DNA of 64,000 nucleotides from a virus (IMGVR_UViG_3300007517_000005:1-64000); one strand, 5' to 3'. Counted from the stretch's first letter, positions 51,481 through 60,719 are shown. The notes: a model not told the origin generated them from the sequence alone. Numbers and translations: made by a program.

Positions 51481-51778
51481 AGTTTTACAGCCTTTTACCC
51501 CGGATTGGATCTCGCCGCCAGGGGAGACGATAGCTGATTTAATTGAAGAACGGGGCTGGAGTCAGGTTGATTTAGCAAAACGCCTGGGCTACACCTCGAA
51601 GCACATAAGCTTGTTGATCAATGGTAAAGCGTCGATCACAGAAGAAATAGCACTCAAATTAGAAGATGTATTGGGCAGTAGTACAAGCTTTTGGTTGAGC
51701 AGGGAAGCACAGTATCGCGCAAAGCTGGCTCAACAGGGAGCCGGCGCTCTTACGTACAAGGAGAACATTGGCTCATGA
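51473..51778 (+). CDS. higA: HigA-family antitoxin HTH (truncated, no ImmA/IrrE domain)
   Basis: FTPDWISPPGETI..LIEERGWSQ.DLAKRLG...ISLLINGKA.IT.E.ALKLE..LGSS.SFWL. Confidence 0.85.
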   Translation: MTEVLQPFTPDWISPPGETIADLIEERGWSQVDLAKRLGYTSKHISLLINGKASITEEIALKLEDVLGSSTSFWLSREAQYRAKLAQQGAGALTYKENIGS

Positions 51779-52164
51779 TGACTGTTAATACTGCTGGCCC
51801 ATTATCGTGTCACGCACAACTAGCTGGTGGTAAACTACTGCACCTCCATAAGTGTACCGATGATACCTCCCTGCTGCGACAAGACTATTGGGTCTATGGT
51901 ATTACATTGCCTTCAATAGGTGAGACCTATACTGAGATGTGTGAAGAACATCGAGCATATTTAGAGTCTCCAGAAGTTATTAATTGGATACTCAACACCT
52001 ACCACCTGAAAGAAGATGTCTTCAATAAAGAGTATACTTACCATAACTTTACCTTTGAATGTTTGGATATTGACCATAGAGCTACATGGGTTTTCATTAA
52101 TGAGGCAGCCTATATTTATGAGTTCACACTTGATTGCGATACTCTCTACTTCTGCAGTCCCTGA
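51775..52164 (+). CDS. Hypothetical protein (start MMTVN after AAGGAG)
   Basis: RBS; truncated paralog begins at 52231. Confidence 0.6.
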   Translation: MMTVNTAGPLSCHAQLAGGKLLHLHKCTDDTSLLRQDYWVYGITLPSIGETYTEMCEEHRAYLESPEVINWILNTYHLKEDVFNKEYTYHNFTFECLDIDHRATWVFINEAAYIYEFTLDCDTLYFCSP

Positions 52165-52423
52165 AGTTTGATACACATAAGGGGGCAGTAATATACCCGC
52201 CCTCCCTACATACAAGGAGAACATTGACTCATGACTAATAACTCACTACAGTATAACGTACGCTATGGCTTCTTAGATGGCGGTGAGCTACTACACCTCC
52301 ATAAGTGTGTGCGTACAATGAGGCGTTAAGCATATAGTTATGGGCCGGCCTATTGTCACACAGAGAAGTAAGTTGATGTCAGTTATTTAATGAGGCAAGA
52401 GCTATAAAAGAGAGAGGATAACT

Positions 52424-52756
52424 ATGAGATGTATATACACTGTCCACACTGGCATATACGAGGAAAGAGACGATAATCTGTGGCCTACACCGAGACCCCC
52501 TATGTTAGATTACGTGTACAAGTGCACGGTGAACTACTCCTGCAAACTACCACCATCTATTAATGCCTCCGTGTGGGAATTGGTAAAGCCCCTTGGTATG
52601 CCAAGCATGTGGTGGGCTACTGATGTATTGACACCCCCTTCTATAGGCTGGGATGTGGATGTACCTGGTCATACCACAGAAGTCAGGATCATAGGTATGA
52701 AACAGTATAAGCATCATCTAGTAGCTTCTTGTAAGGTTCTACATGAACAGAGTTAG
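52424..52756 (+). CDS. Hypothetical protein
   Basis: ORF with GAGG RBS. Confidence 0.6.
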   Translation: MRCIYTVHTGIYEERDDNLWPTPRPPMLDYVYKCTVNYSCKLPPSINASVWELVKPLGMPSMWWATDVLTPPSIGWDVDVPGHTTEVRIIGMKQYKHHLVASCKVLHEQS

Positions 52757-52838
52757 ATATGCCCCCCTTGTAAAGGTGGAGTCAATGAAGGGAATTACCG
52801 GGTTCTAAGTTAACTTAGATAGTTTATTAAGCGTCACT

Positions 52839-53154
52839 ATGAACTACATAGACATTCACGATAAGATCATTGGTACCACGCACAGTCTAGAATTATTACC
52901 GCCTTCTATTTTGGAGGATGTACTGAATACCTAGCAACGCTGGGAGCGTAGCGACCTACTGTACATTCAATTATGTCAGAGATATGCAGCACCCGTCTAT
53001 CAAGGTAAATATACATGCTGCTATGGATACGGGTATGGGTACTTACCGCACTGTGTGCACTGTATTGATTGATAATCTACCTAGCATACTCTTCTTAGTG
53101 AATACTGATCGTGAAGAATATGAGTACTCCTATGAAGAGCTGCAACTTAGTTGA
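52839..53154 (+). pseudogene. 96-aa ORF disrupted by a 25-nt micro-element at 52934-52958
   Basis: Removing the element restores an uninterrupted frame MNYIDIHD...EELQLS*. Confidence 0.65.
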
Positions 53155-53180
53155 CATATGAGTGTACAATGTCGTATTAT
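53151..53180 (+). promoter_or_regulatory. Sigma70-like promoter
   Basis: TTGACA-N18-TATTAT. Confidence 0.5.
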
Positions 53181-53635
53181 ACATGTAACGAGTTGAGGGC
53201 AGGATTATAAATTATGTTACCCCTGAAGAAGCAGCACAGCACTTAGGTGTTACTTAACCCATAACTATAAGGTTATACTTCTGCTTACCTTTGAGACTTC
53301 CAACATGGTGGCCAAGGTAAAGAGAAGGATTGGGTCTAAGACTGCCAGGGTCATGTTAACGAGGTTCAAGCAGACATTAAAGCATCAAGCTGAACTTTGC
53401 TCCCGTGAGGTAGTAGAAGTGTCTGAAGCCTACACCAGTAAGACTTGTACCAAGTGCGGACAAGTACATACAAAGCTAGGTCGCTACGCTCCCAGCGTTG
53501 CTAGGCAGTTCCAAGATCTTTAGGTGCCCTTGGCATTATGCTAAGGGCTTTGAGGGATATCTCCACTACATTAAGTAGTGCTATCATTGACCCCTGAGTA
53601 GTGATATTCAGGAATGTTCAGTGTAAATATATCAG
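53151..53635 (+). mobile_element. tnpB: Internally deleted IS607-family element (tnpA N-terminus plus tnpB C-terminal relics)
   Basis: NYVTPEEAAQHLGVT (IS607 TnpA HTH start); FETSNMV...SKTAR.ML, EAYTSKTCTKCG zinc ribbon, GIMLRALRD; ends approximate. Confidence 0.8.
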
Positions 53636-53764
53636 CTAGGTGGTACACGTATGTTGTACGGTAAGGCATACATCTATGAGCGCAGAGTCAGTGGCTATGT
53701 CGAGAACACAGAAGGGTTAGGGGTTTTACTAGACCGTAGATAAACCCTACACACACAATAAAAA

Positions 53765-53792
53765 GGGGAGTGCTATCAGATAGACACTCCCC
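53765..53792. terminator. Hairpin, probable terminator
   Basis: ggggagtg-ctatc-a-gatag-a-cactcccc with an upstream A-tract. Confidence 0.5.
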
Positions 53793-53842
53793 CGTTTGCG
53801 TGGTACACTATAAATATCAACCTAAATAGGGGACCCCGCAAT

Positions 53843-54604
53843 ATGTTTAATATATCACTGACCACCGCTACATACAACCCGACGGCAGCTACAGGCATCA
53901 AGAGAGCCATCTACACCTACTCTCAAGATAATAGGGTTATTAAGTCATCCTCCAAGAAGAGAGTCCTTAAGCTGCGTGGGAAGAGGGTTGCTAATGGCCC
54001 CCTATATAATAATGAATCCCTACGCGCACCATTAGATGAGATATCTACTTCTATACTCACGATAGTCGGTGTACTGTATATGGGTGCAGAGAGGAAGTCT
54101 ACAGTGCCTGTACAGTGGGTGCAAGATAGACGTGGTAACTGGAGACGGGCTATCACACAGAAGGCATTCAGAGCTCTTCCACAGTACATGCAGCAGATCG
54201 CTATAGATAAAGGCGTGGATGTTAGAGGGAGTGTTACCTTCTCACGCTGCGTAATGGCGTGGGCTGGTATTACTGTCAGTGGTCTCGATGTACACCACGT
54301 CAATATGGATACTACAGATGACCGTCTCGGGAACTTACAGGCATTAACTAAGGCTGAACATGCTGCCGCACATGCTGATAAGGATGACCTCCTATGGGAT
54401 GCTGATTGGTACGAGTACAACTCATACTGTGAAGGACTGCTGCGTATTAATCAGACCTTCTTATTGAGTGATGAGGATATCGCAGTAGCTATAGCGGCTG
54501 CATTAGAGCCTCCTACACACGAGATAGAAGAACTATCTGATGCTGATCGGTGGGACCTGGCATGGGCTGCAATGTGGGCTGACGAAGAGATAGAGATAAT
54601 GTAA
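53843..54604 (+). CDS. HNH endonuclease with acidic C-terminus
   Basis: DVHHVNMDTTDDRLGNLQALTKAEHAAAH. Confidence 0.85.
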   Translation: MFNISLTTATYNPTAATGIKRAIYTYSQDNRVIKSSSKKRVLKLRGKRVANGPLYNNESLRAPLDEISTSILTIVGVLYMGAERKSTVPVQWVQDRRGNWRRAITQKAFRALPQYMQQIAIDKGVDVRGSVTFSRCVMAWAGITVSGLDVHHVNMDTTDDRLGNLQALTKAEHAAAHADKDDLLWDADWYEYNSYCEGLLRINQTFLLSDEDIAVAIAAALEPPTHEIEELSDADRWDLAWAAMWADEEIEIM

Positions 54605-54621
54605 CTACTACAAAGAGAGAT

Positions 54622-55212
54622 ATGAATATAACTGGACGATGGGATGCTGTGAGCCTGACGGGAGAAGGGACCGGCCCTTACATTACTGTCACTGGTGAGA
54701 CACTCACGACTACTATTACCATAGATAATGATAGGCAAGTTAGTATTAATATCATTGATCTGTCCAGCCCATTAGGTGTTGGGGTAGATGTAGATACAGC
54801 GTATGAGGCAGTGATTGGCCTTGAGGCGCAGCTAACTCAAGTCTTCAGTGTATGGTCGATAGAGCAGTACCTCAAGGATAAACTACTATCACAAGTATCA
54901 TTGGTAGGCTGGGGTGGCCGTAACTGGCTACTACAGTGTAATGATGAAGGACTATATTGGCAGCTATTACTTAAACCTGGTAGACGAGCTAATATAACCG
55001 TCACAGTCTACCTAGACATAGATCTAGATGCTTACTTAAATCTTCATGAGCGTACTGTAACTAGACGATATATATGCCTTGAAGCTAGAGATATCCATGG
55101 GGTAGTGGCAGAGATACACGCAATAGATATCCCCAAAGATGTACTGATTATAGATGATCAATTAGTTAGGGACTACTTACCCCAGGATTATATAGCGGTT
55201 AAAGATGTCTGA
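54622..55212 (+). CDS. Hypothetical protein
   Basis: 196-aa ORF. Confidence 0.65.
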   Translation: MNITGRWDAVSLTGEGTGPYITVTGETLTTTITIDNDRQVSINIIDLSSPLGVGVDVDTAYEAVIGLEAQLTQVFSVWSIEQYLKDKLLSQVSLVGWGGRNWLLQCNDEGLYWQLLLKPGRRANITVTVYLDIDLDAYLNLHERTVTRRYICLEARDIHGVVAEIHAIDIPKDVLIIDDQLVRDYLPQDYIAVKDV

Positions 55213-55224
55213 TAGGTAATAGAT

Positions 55225-55746
55225 ATGGCAAAGCTATGGTTGGTAGGGCGTACAGATACCACGAGGAATGAGTACCTTGAGATGGTTGTATCTGCAGGTA
55301 CGAGAGAGCAGGTACTGAGTATTAATCCCAACAATGGGAAGGTTATAGAGTTATATAAGGATGGTAGTGGTTACTACTGTGCGGGGTGGACTGATCCCGA
55401 ACACCTAACTATAGAATGTATTGGTGCCTCAGTACATACAAGTAACCGCCTCATACTAACATCATGGAATGAAGGGGAGAATGGCACACCCTCACCACCA
55501 TATACTAAGGGGGGAGTACAAGATACTATCACTAACTTATACCTAGTAGATAGGGGGTTCTGTATCTATTACTCCTTTAATAAGGTACTCATTGCTTGTG
55601 ATAGTTTAGAGAGTACAACTGCTACATCATTACTAAATGAGATGTTGGGTATCAACTGGTACCAGGAACGGTTCGCATATATAGAGTGCGTTGGTACGAC
55701 CAATATACACGGCATAGTATTAGCATCTTACGGGGCTGGCTCATGA
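55225..55746 (+). CDS. Hypothetical protein with two copies of the (K/N)L(W/Y)LV..R domain
   Basis: Internal repeat ending IEC(I/V)G; paralog at 47209. Confidence 0.65.
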   Translation: MAKLWLVGRTDTTRNEYLEMVVSAGTREQVLSINPNNGKVIELYKDGSGYYCAGWTDPEHLTIECIGASVHTSNRLILTSWNEGENGTPSPPYTKGGVQDTITNLYLVDRGFCIYYSFNKVLIACDSLESTTATSLLNEMLGINWYQERFAYIECVGTTNIHGIVLASYGAGS

Positions 55747-56126
55747 ACATAACTAAGCTCAAAGAGATAATCTACTGGAGTCTTGAGGGTGTACAGGTGC
55801 CGCGAGCCACGCCCCTTCTTGAGGTATTGACACACATCAAGTGCCATACTACAGCGCCCCTATTAAGGAGTCCTAGAAAGCCACGCCTACGTGAGCACTA
55901 CTCTGTAAATCCCACAGTATCTATATATATTAAGGGGGTTAATAATGCCATTGACTCAACCATCGTATACAAGAGTAATGGCTACGTAGATATAGAATCA
56001 TTAATGCCTGATATACAGTTATGGATAGAGGAGAACCATAGCATTAGTAATTGGGAGAGAGAGTCGCGGGAGTATGATAGGGTCACCAACTACCACCTAA
56101 ATGGTATCGATTACCCCAACATATAA
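55743..56126 (+). CDS. Hypothetical protein
   Basis: ATGA overlap with the upstream stop; carries a family-A-like insert. Confidence 0.55.
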   Translation: MNITKLKEIIYWSLEGVQVPRATPLLEVLTHIKCHTTAPLLRSPRKPRLREHYSVNPTVSIYIKGVNNAIDSTIVYKSNGYVDIESLMPDIQLWIEENHSISNWERESREYDRVTNYHLNGIDYPNI

Positions 56127-56372
56127 CAACCCCTTACTTATCTCTCAAGGAGACTACGGGGGTACCGATACGTAGTGAACTACCAGCAACAATAGTAGAT
56201 ATCAAGGTATGTAAGCTAGGGGGTAGTATCCATATATACTATGGGGATAATGAGTGGAACTATAACATAGAGTTCCCAATAACAGTGCAGCGGATACTGG
56301 AAGCCATCCACACTAACTATAAAGGGGCTAGAGACGTACCCTCTATATTCTAAAGGTATAACAGGGAGAGAT

Positions 56373-57167
56373 ATGTCTGATTACTCTGGGGATGCCACAT
56401 TAGAGGATTGGTTGAGTAAGGAAGTATTCAATAGCCCGGTACCTAAAGAAGTAGTAGATAAGTTCAAGGGGTACCGCACGGGTATAGAGAATGATGTAGG
56501 GGCCTGGATAAGTCAATCATATGATGAATGGCACATAGGTTGGAGGAGTTGGGGTAGGGGGTACAATACAGTGGACGAGGAGTTTGAGGTAATAGTACAA
56601 TCATGTATCGCACAAGTAACTAAGTACAAACTATCACAGGTAGACATGGCTAGATATACAGGCAAGGCTACATTAGAGGATTGGTTATCTATAGAGGTAT
56701 TTAAATGCCCCATCCCTAAAGAAGTAGTAGATAGATTCGAGGTGTACCGCACACGTGTAGAGGATGATGTACAAGCTTGGATAGATCAGAGTACAACCCA
56801 CCGTCAAGGATGGAACTTATGGGGCAGGGGGCGCGATGACTTAGATCACTCGTTCTATGAGTTAGTAGAAGTATGCACCCCTTATGTTGAGGCGTATATA
56901 GAGTTCCATGGATTACCTAGACATGATTGTACTATGAGCCTGTACATAGTATTAGGTACACCAGGAGTAGTATCAGAAGCAATGCTTGTAATGGCAGATA
57001 CATTGGAGCAGGCATTAGATTATAGTTGCCACATGACAGGCAATGATAGGGCTAGTGCTAAGGGGTACTTAATGTGCGATGTCAATGGTGAGGCGCAGCA
57101 CCTATACGGTAATGTATCTAAGGCTTTGCAAGAGTATGTACAGATCCATAATGCAGGATTATTATGA
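56373..57167 (+). CDS. Hypothetical protein with a tandem duplicated ~90-aa domain
   Basis: YSGDATLEDWLSKEVF..PKEVVD / YTGKATLEDWLSIEVF..PKEVVD. Confidence 0.7.
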   Translation: MSDYSGDATLEDWLSKEVFNSPVPKEVVDKFKGYRTGIENDVGAWISQSYDEWHIGWRSWGRGYNTVDEEFEVIVQSCIAQVTKYKLSQVDMARYTGKATLEDWLSIEVFKCPIPKEVVDRFEVYRTRVEDDVQAWIDQSTTHRQGWNLWGRGRDDLDHSFYELVEVCTPYVEAYIEFHGLPRHDCTMSLYIVLGTPGVVSEAMLVMADTLEQALDYSCHMTGNDRASAKGYLMCDVNGEAQHLYGNVSKALQEYVQIHNAGLL

Positions 57168-57331
57168 TAGATAGTATACCGGGTACATTAGAAGTAGAGT
57201 GGTGTATCTCAATGTACATAGTAACAATACACACATGACTCTAGCCGGTATCAAGGTACCAGAAGGCGTGATATCCAATCAGACCATAAAGGACTTCATG
57301 ATATCAGATGAATACGTACAGTACATAGTAA

Positions 57332-57631
57332 ATGACCAATGAGGTAATAGACATGCAGATAGTTGTAATGATAGCGATAGTAGCAGCGGTGTGGGCAGCC
57401 CTCGCCCCAGGTAAGGCCCCACGTAAGAAATCAGGTGTACCGTCTAGTATGGCAAGGATACGCAAGCTAGAAGGGTTAAGGAATAGGGGGGCCTTAGTTA
57501 TGAAACTAGGGCGAGGTACTAATAGTGTGGAGGTAATAACCAGAGATAGTAGGAAGATATTAGATGAGCTAATAGAACAGGAGAAGGATGGCCTGATTAA
57601 TATATTCAAGGGGGAGGAATACAATGATTAA
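57332..57631 (+). CDS. Small membrane-anchored protein
   Basis: N-terminal hydrophobic helix IVVMIAIVAAVWAAL. Confidence 0.6.
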   Translation: MTNEVIDMQIVVMIAIVAAVWAALAPGKAPRKKSGVPSSMARIRKLEGLRNRGALVMKLGRGTNSVEVITRDSRKILDELIEQEKDGLINIFKGEEYND

Positions 57632-57935
57632 TGACATCAGGCAGTGGGTACAGGAGAATGACCACTTATCATTAATGTGGTGTAATGGAGATGAATTACA
57701 GTTCAAAGATGGCATACATTATTACCGCATCTTGCACGATGCAATAGATGTAGCAATAATAGAAGGATTCTGTAGATGGGGGCCCGATACCAAATACTAC
57801 ATGATGTACACGCCTTACTCTAAAGAAGAGCTAGTACGACTAACTAAAGTATGTAGGTACTTAACACAGCATGTAGTGAACACACAAAGTACTGAGATAG
57901 ACTTAGCAGATCTAATGGATATAATCAACCAATAA
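57624..57935 (+). CDS. Hypothetical protein
   Basis: GGAGG RBS, coupled. Confidence 0.6.
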   Translation: MINDIRQWVQENDHLSLMWCNGDELQFKDGIHYYRILHDAIDVAIIEGFCRWGPDTKYYMMYTPYSKEELVRLTKVCRYLTQHVVNTQSTEIDLADLMDIINQ

Positions 57936-57947
57936 AAAGAGAGAGCC

Positions 57948-58529
57948 ATGAGTAATCAACAGACCGGTACTACTACAGAACTACCAGTATATGCACCTTC
58001 ATCATGGAAGTTAAATGCAAGTACGTCATTAGAGAGTACACCTGCGCTATCACCAGGGCGGCAATTAATAGCCTTAGTGGGTAAGAAGAATACGGGTAAG
58101 CACACGTACTTAACGGACTACTACAAGAGTCTTAGTAATGGGGTGTACGAGTATTTAGCATATGAGAGATCTCTTGAGGAGAATGGCATACACCCCCATG
58201 AGCAAGTAGAGTACGTCAATCAATTAAGAGTGAGTGGGGAGTATACGCCAACGCACGATGTATTACCAGACCCTTACATGTTCGTGACGTACAGCCCTTA
58301 TATACTGGATGGCATAGGGTGGGATGAGGCACACAATGTAATCTTCTTCCACAGATGTGGGAAGGGTAGATTCTACCGTGGGTCATTACTATGTAACCCC
58401 ACATTCATGAGTAGCTTAACGAGGATGAGGAGTGTACTAACCCTCGGCCAGTTCTGGTACACACAGGGTGAGGCATGGTTAGAGGAGTGTGGCGAGGATG
58501 TAACAGACATAGGTTTAGTACTACCATAG
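57948..58529 (+). CDS. Reduced ABC/AAA-ATPase-like protein
   Basis: LVGKKNTGK (Walker A-like), ENGIHPHEQ, VTYSPYILD. Confidence 0.55.
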   Translation: MSNQQTGTTTELPVYAPSSWKLNASTSLESTPALSPGRQLIALVGKKNTGKHTYLTDYYKSLSNGVYEYLAYERSLEENGIHPHEQVEYVNQLRVSGEYTPTHDVLPDPYMFVTYSPYILDGIGWDEAHNVIFFHRCGKGRFYRGSLLCNPTFMSSLTRMRSVLTLGQFWYTQGEAWLEECGEDVTDIGLVLP

Positions 58530-58811
58530 GACATTGTAAGACCAGTATGCCGCCTGTAGTTTATTCTTATAGGCGGGCTTACCATCTTTAGTCTTAATAG
58601 CCGCATGCCTAGAGCGATAATTAGCCCTACGTTTAGGGTCGCGGTGAAGGGTGTAATCACTCATCGTGCTATCGCCGAAGTGTAGTAATCGGCAGTTATC
58701 ACCTATGCAGGCAAATACTGCCTTCTTCTTACCAGTACGACAACTCTTGACGGGGGTATTGGGTGTCATGCGCCTCTTCGTACCAGGGATTAATGGTGGT
58801 GTACGTTTCAT
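58521..58811 (-). CDS. Small basic phage protein
   Basis: HFGD..MSDYT.H.DPKRR.NYRSRH...AAYWS..VLW pattern. Confidence 0.7.
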   Translation of the reverse strand: MKRTPPLIPGTKRRMTPNTPVKSCRTGKKKAVFACIGDNCRLLHFGDSTMSDYTLHRDPKRRANYRSRHAAIKTKDGKPAYKNKLQAAYWSYNVLW

Positions 58812-58862
58812 GTAAACAATCTATATAGTAATACACAATGCAAGCAGTAATGGAGGGGTGAT

Positions 58863-59231
58863 ATGCAAGCAAGTAATAAAGGGGCCGGCCCCCATAATAT
58901 AAGAGATAACAATAGGTCGTTAGCACTCCCGACAGGGAGGTATAGCTGTAATAGCCAAGAAGTGCCGTGCCGCGACCTGGAGACGGTACCTATTGCGGAT
59001 AGTGATTACCTTGAGGATATATTAAAGGGTGCAGATGAAGAGACACTAGCAAGTATATTAGAATGTACTGTAGAGGAGTTATATGAGCTCCTAGCGGGTG
59101 ATAAGGAACTAACCATGGAACACATAGATAATCTATCTGATAGTTATGACAGTACGCTAGGGAGTGTATTCAGGGTGGCATGTCAGCTAGCTAATGCAAT
59201 CAATAATCATACGTCAGGAACCTCAGCCTAA
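58863..59231 (+). CDS. XRE-like HTH protein (start uncertain)
   Basis: ETLASILECTVEELYELLAGDKELT. Confidence 0.5.
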   Translation: MQASNKGAGPHNIRDNNRSLALPTGRYSCNSQEVPCRDLETVPIADSDYLEDILKGADEETLASILECTVEELYELLAGDKELTMEHIDNLSDSYDSTLGSVFRVACQLANAINNHTSGTSA

Positions 59232-59303
59232 AGGTATGAGGCTTGAAAGAGTAATCTAACAAGCCGTCCTATAAGGACGGGGTTTCTACCCAATTAACAA
59301 TAT
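59213..59303 (+). mobile_element. Minimal IS200/IS605-IscB relic (left and right ends fused)
   Basis: GTCAGGAAC hairpin end as at 50296, then CCGTCCTATAAGGACGG hairpin, ending at ATGA. Confidence 0.6.
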
Positions 59304-59646
59304 GACGTGGGGTCTATTCTGGCACATGAATAAGGGATATAAAGACATGAGAGATAGCCGCATAAGTAGAGATGATCTGCATAGGTTACATAATCTGAAT
59401 GTACTATTTAGCACGGTGCTAGATGTAATAGATGATTGGGATAGGGTAAACCCAGACGCTACTAAAGAAGATAGGGAGGCTTATAGAGATCATACGTTCA
59501 GTATAACGTGGGATCTATTCTGGCACATAAATAGTAGTATCACGGTATCTGTTGATTATTATGACCCAGACACCACCTGCGAAGAAGACATGAGAGCTAG
59601 GTTAGATACATACAATAGTGCAAGTCAATCACGGGCATATAATTAG
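59302..59646 (+). CDS. Hypothetical protein
   Basis: 114-aa ORF; TWxLFWHxN occurs twice. Confidence 0.6.
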   Translation: MTWGLFWHMNKGYKDMRDSRISRDDLHRLHNLNVLFSTVLDVIDDWDRVNPDATKEDREAYRDHTFSITWDLFWHINSSITVSVDYYDPDTTCEEDMRARLDTYNSASQSRAYN

Positions 59647-59765
59647 AACTTGCCCAGATAGTGTGCTATAGTCATCATTAGTATGATGTGTGGGAGTACT
59701 AGCTTGTAGTGTATATCCTTCTCCCTGGAGAGGGTGTACACTAAGGCATGGGCTCAACCCACTAA

Positions 59766-59837
59766 TGCTGGGTAGCACAGTGGCAGTGCGCTTGATTGTT
59801 ACTCAAGATGTCGTAGGTTCAATCCCTACCCCAGCAG
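59766..59837 (+). tRNA. trnN: tRNA-Asn (GTT)
   Basis: Acceptor TGCTGGG/CCCAGCA, D stem GCAC/GTGC, anticodon stem CTTGA/TCAAG with GTT, T arm GTAGG-TTCAATC-CCTAC; CCA not encoded. Confidence 0.92.
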
Positions 59838-59840
59838 TTA

Positions 59841-59876
59841 TATAAAGCCGGCCTTTAATGTGGGGCCGGCTTTATA
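59841..59876 (+). terminator. Hairpin after the tRNA
   Basis: tataaagccggcc-N10-ggccggctttata, 13-bp stem. Confidence 0.65.
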
Positions 59877-60107
59877 GTGCCGTGACTACGCCCCTTCAAG
59901 ATAGTAATGGAGAACTCTGATGCAATTATCTGATGAAGAAGAGCAGTTAATATAAAGGTAATACAGCCATGAGTAATAGATGGAAGACACCTATACATTT
60001 AGCAACGCTGTGAGTGTAGCGATTTAGAGTACTGGAATAACTTTATCCCATACGAGGATAAGGTAGCTGTACTCAATAGTAATACCAAGCAGGATCTAAT
60101 AAGAGCT

Positions 60108-60524
60108 ATGGTAGATTACCAGTACAATACATTCTGCAGGGCCATGGAGAGGCAGATACCAGTGAGTCAACCCAGCGGTAAGGTAATACCCTACATAGGT
60201 TCATTCTGGAGGGATATAGAGTGGAGTAGTAGTCGTCAGACTGTGCGTGACGGTAGTAGCACTAATATACACATAGGAAGAATAGTAGAAGATGGTAATG
60301 AGCCTCCTGAACAAGGGTCGCCCTTCATAGGCTTCATGGCCAATAATAAGTGGGGGTACCCTGAACGTACACTCACTGCTGAGGAGAGGGCACATGTCAT
60401 CTCCCTATTATATACAGCCATGCTCTCTGATAATAAGGTTGTCAAGGCAGGTACACTACAACACTTATGGGAGTACATGCAGACGTTGAGTGTAGAGTAT
60501 GAGAAAGGGTACGGGCCCCAGTGA
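60108..60524 (+). CDS. Hypothetical protein
   Basis: 138-aa ORF. Confidence 0.6.
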   Translation: MVDYQYNTFCRAMERQIPVSQPSGKVIPYIGSFWRDIEWSSSRQTVRDGSSTNIHIGRIVEDGNEPPEQGSPFIGFMANNKWGYPERTLTAEERAHVISLLYTAMLSDNKVVKAGTLQHLWEYMQTLSVEYEKGYGPQ

Positions 60525-60536
60525 GACGGCTAGGTT

Positions 60537-60719
60537 CTACTTCTTCTTCATACCCATGAGGACGAAGTAGAACCTAGCCTGCTGCCCCCTCAATCCTTTA
60601 TCCCCCCTATGTTTCTGTGCGTACTCTGCAACAGACATACCCGCTCCTTTAGCAGCCTTTGTGAGGGCACCGGGCCTCTTTACAGAATCCTTTATCGATA
60701 ACTTCTTCTTCTTAACCAT
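60537..60719 (-). CDS. Small very basic protein (KRPGALT type)
   Basis: MVKKKKLSIKDSVKRPGALTKAAK...QQARF. Confidence 0.6.
   Translation of the reverse strand: MVKKKKLSIKDSVKRPGALTKAAKGAGMSVAEYAQKHRGDKGLRGQQARFYFVLMGMKKK

Larger units (their letters stand above)
19763..58941. repeat. Micro-element family C (24 nt; CCCTGTCGGGAGTGCTAACGACCT after ACCT), dispersed; coordinates span first to last copy
   Basis: Copies at 19763-19790, 32470-32497, 40793-40820, 44230-44301 (two), 58914-58941. Confidence 0.9.
9012..59901. repeat. Micro-element family A (26-27 nt; ~CYCCYWRGGGTCGYAGCCWNCGGCAC), dispersed; coordinates span first to last copy
   Basis: Copies at 9012, 9039, 13173, 13200, 13479, 13505, 24110, 27271, 40118, 40711, 44086, 44649, 50647; degenerate at ~46105-46155, 55797, 58962, 59877. 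Confidence 0.9.
3333..60026. repeat. Micro-element family B (21-27 nt; GTCGCTACGCTCCCAGCGTTGCTA), dispersed at CTA sites; coordinates span first to last copy
   Basis: Copies at 40448, 41209, 44271, 46212, 50367, 50506, 52934, 53480, 60002; variants at 3333, 27253, 28308, 50186. Confidence 0.9.

Noticed and set aside
53305-53523. Functional TnpB or mini-Cas12 nuclease
   Set aside because: Only fragments remain; most of RuvC and the N-terminus are deleted and the relic is frameshifted
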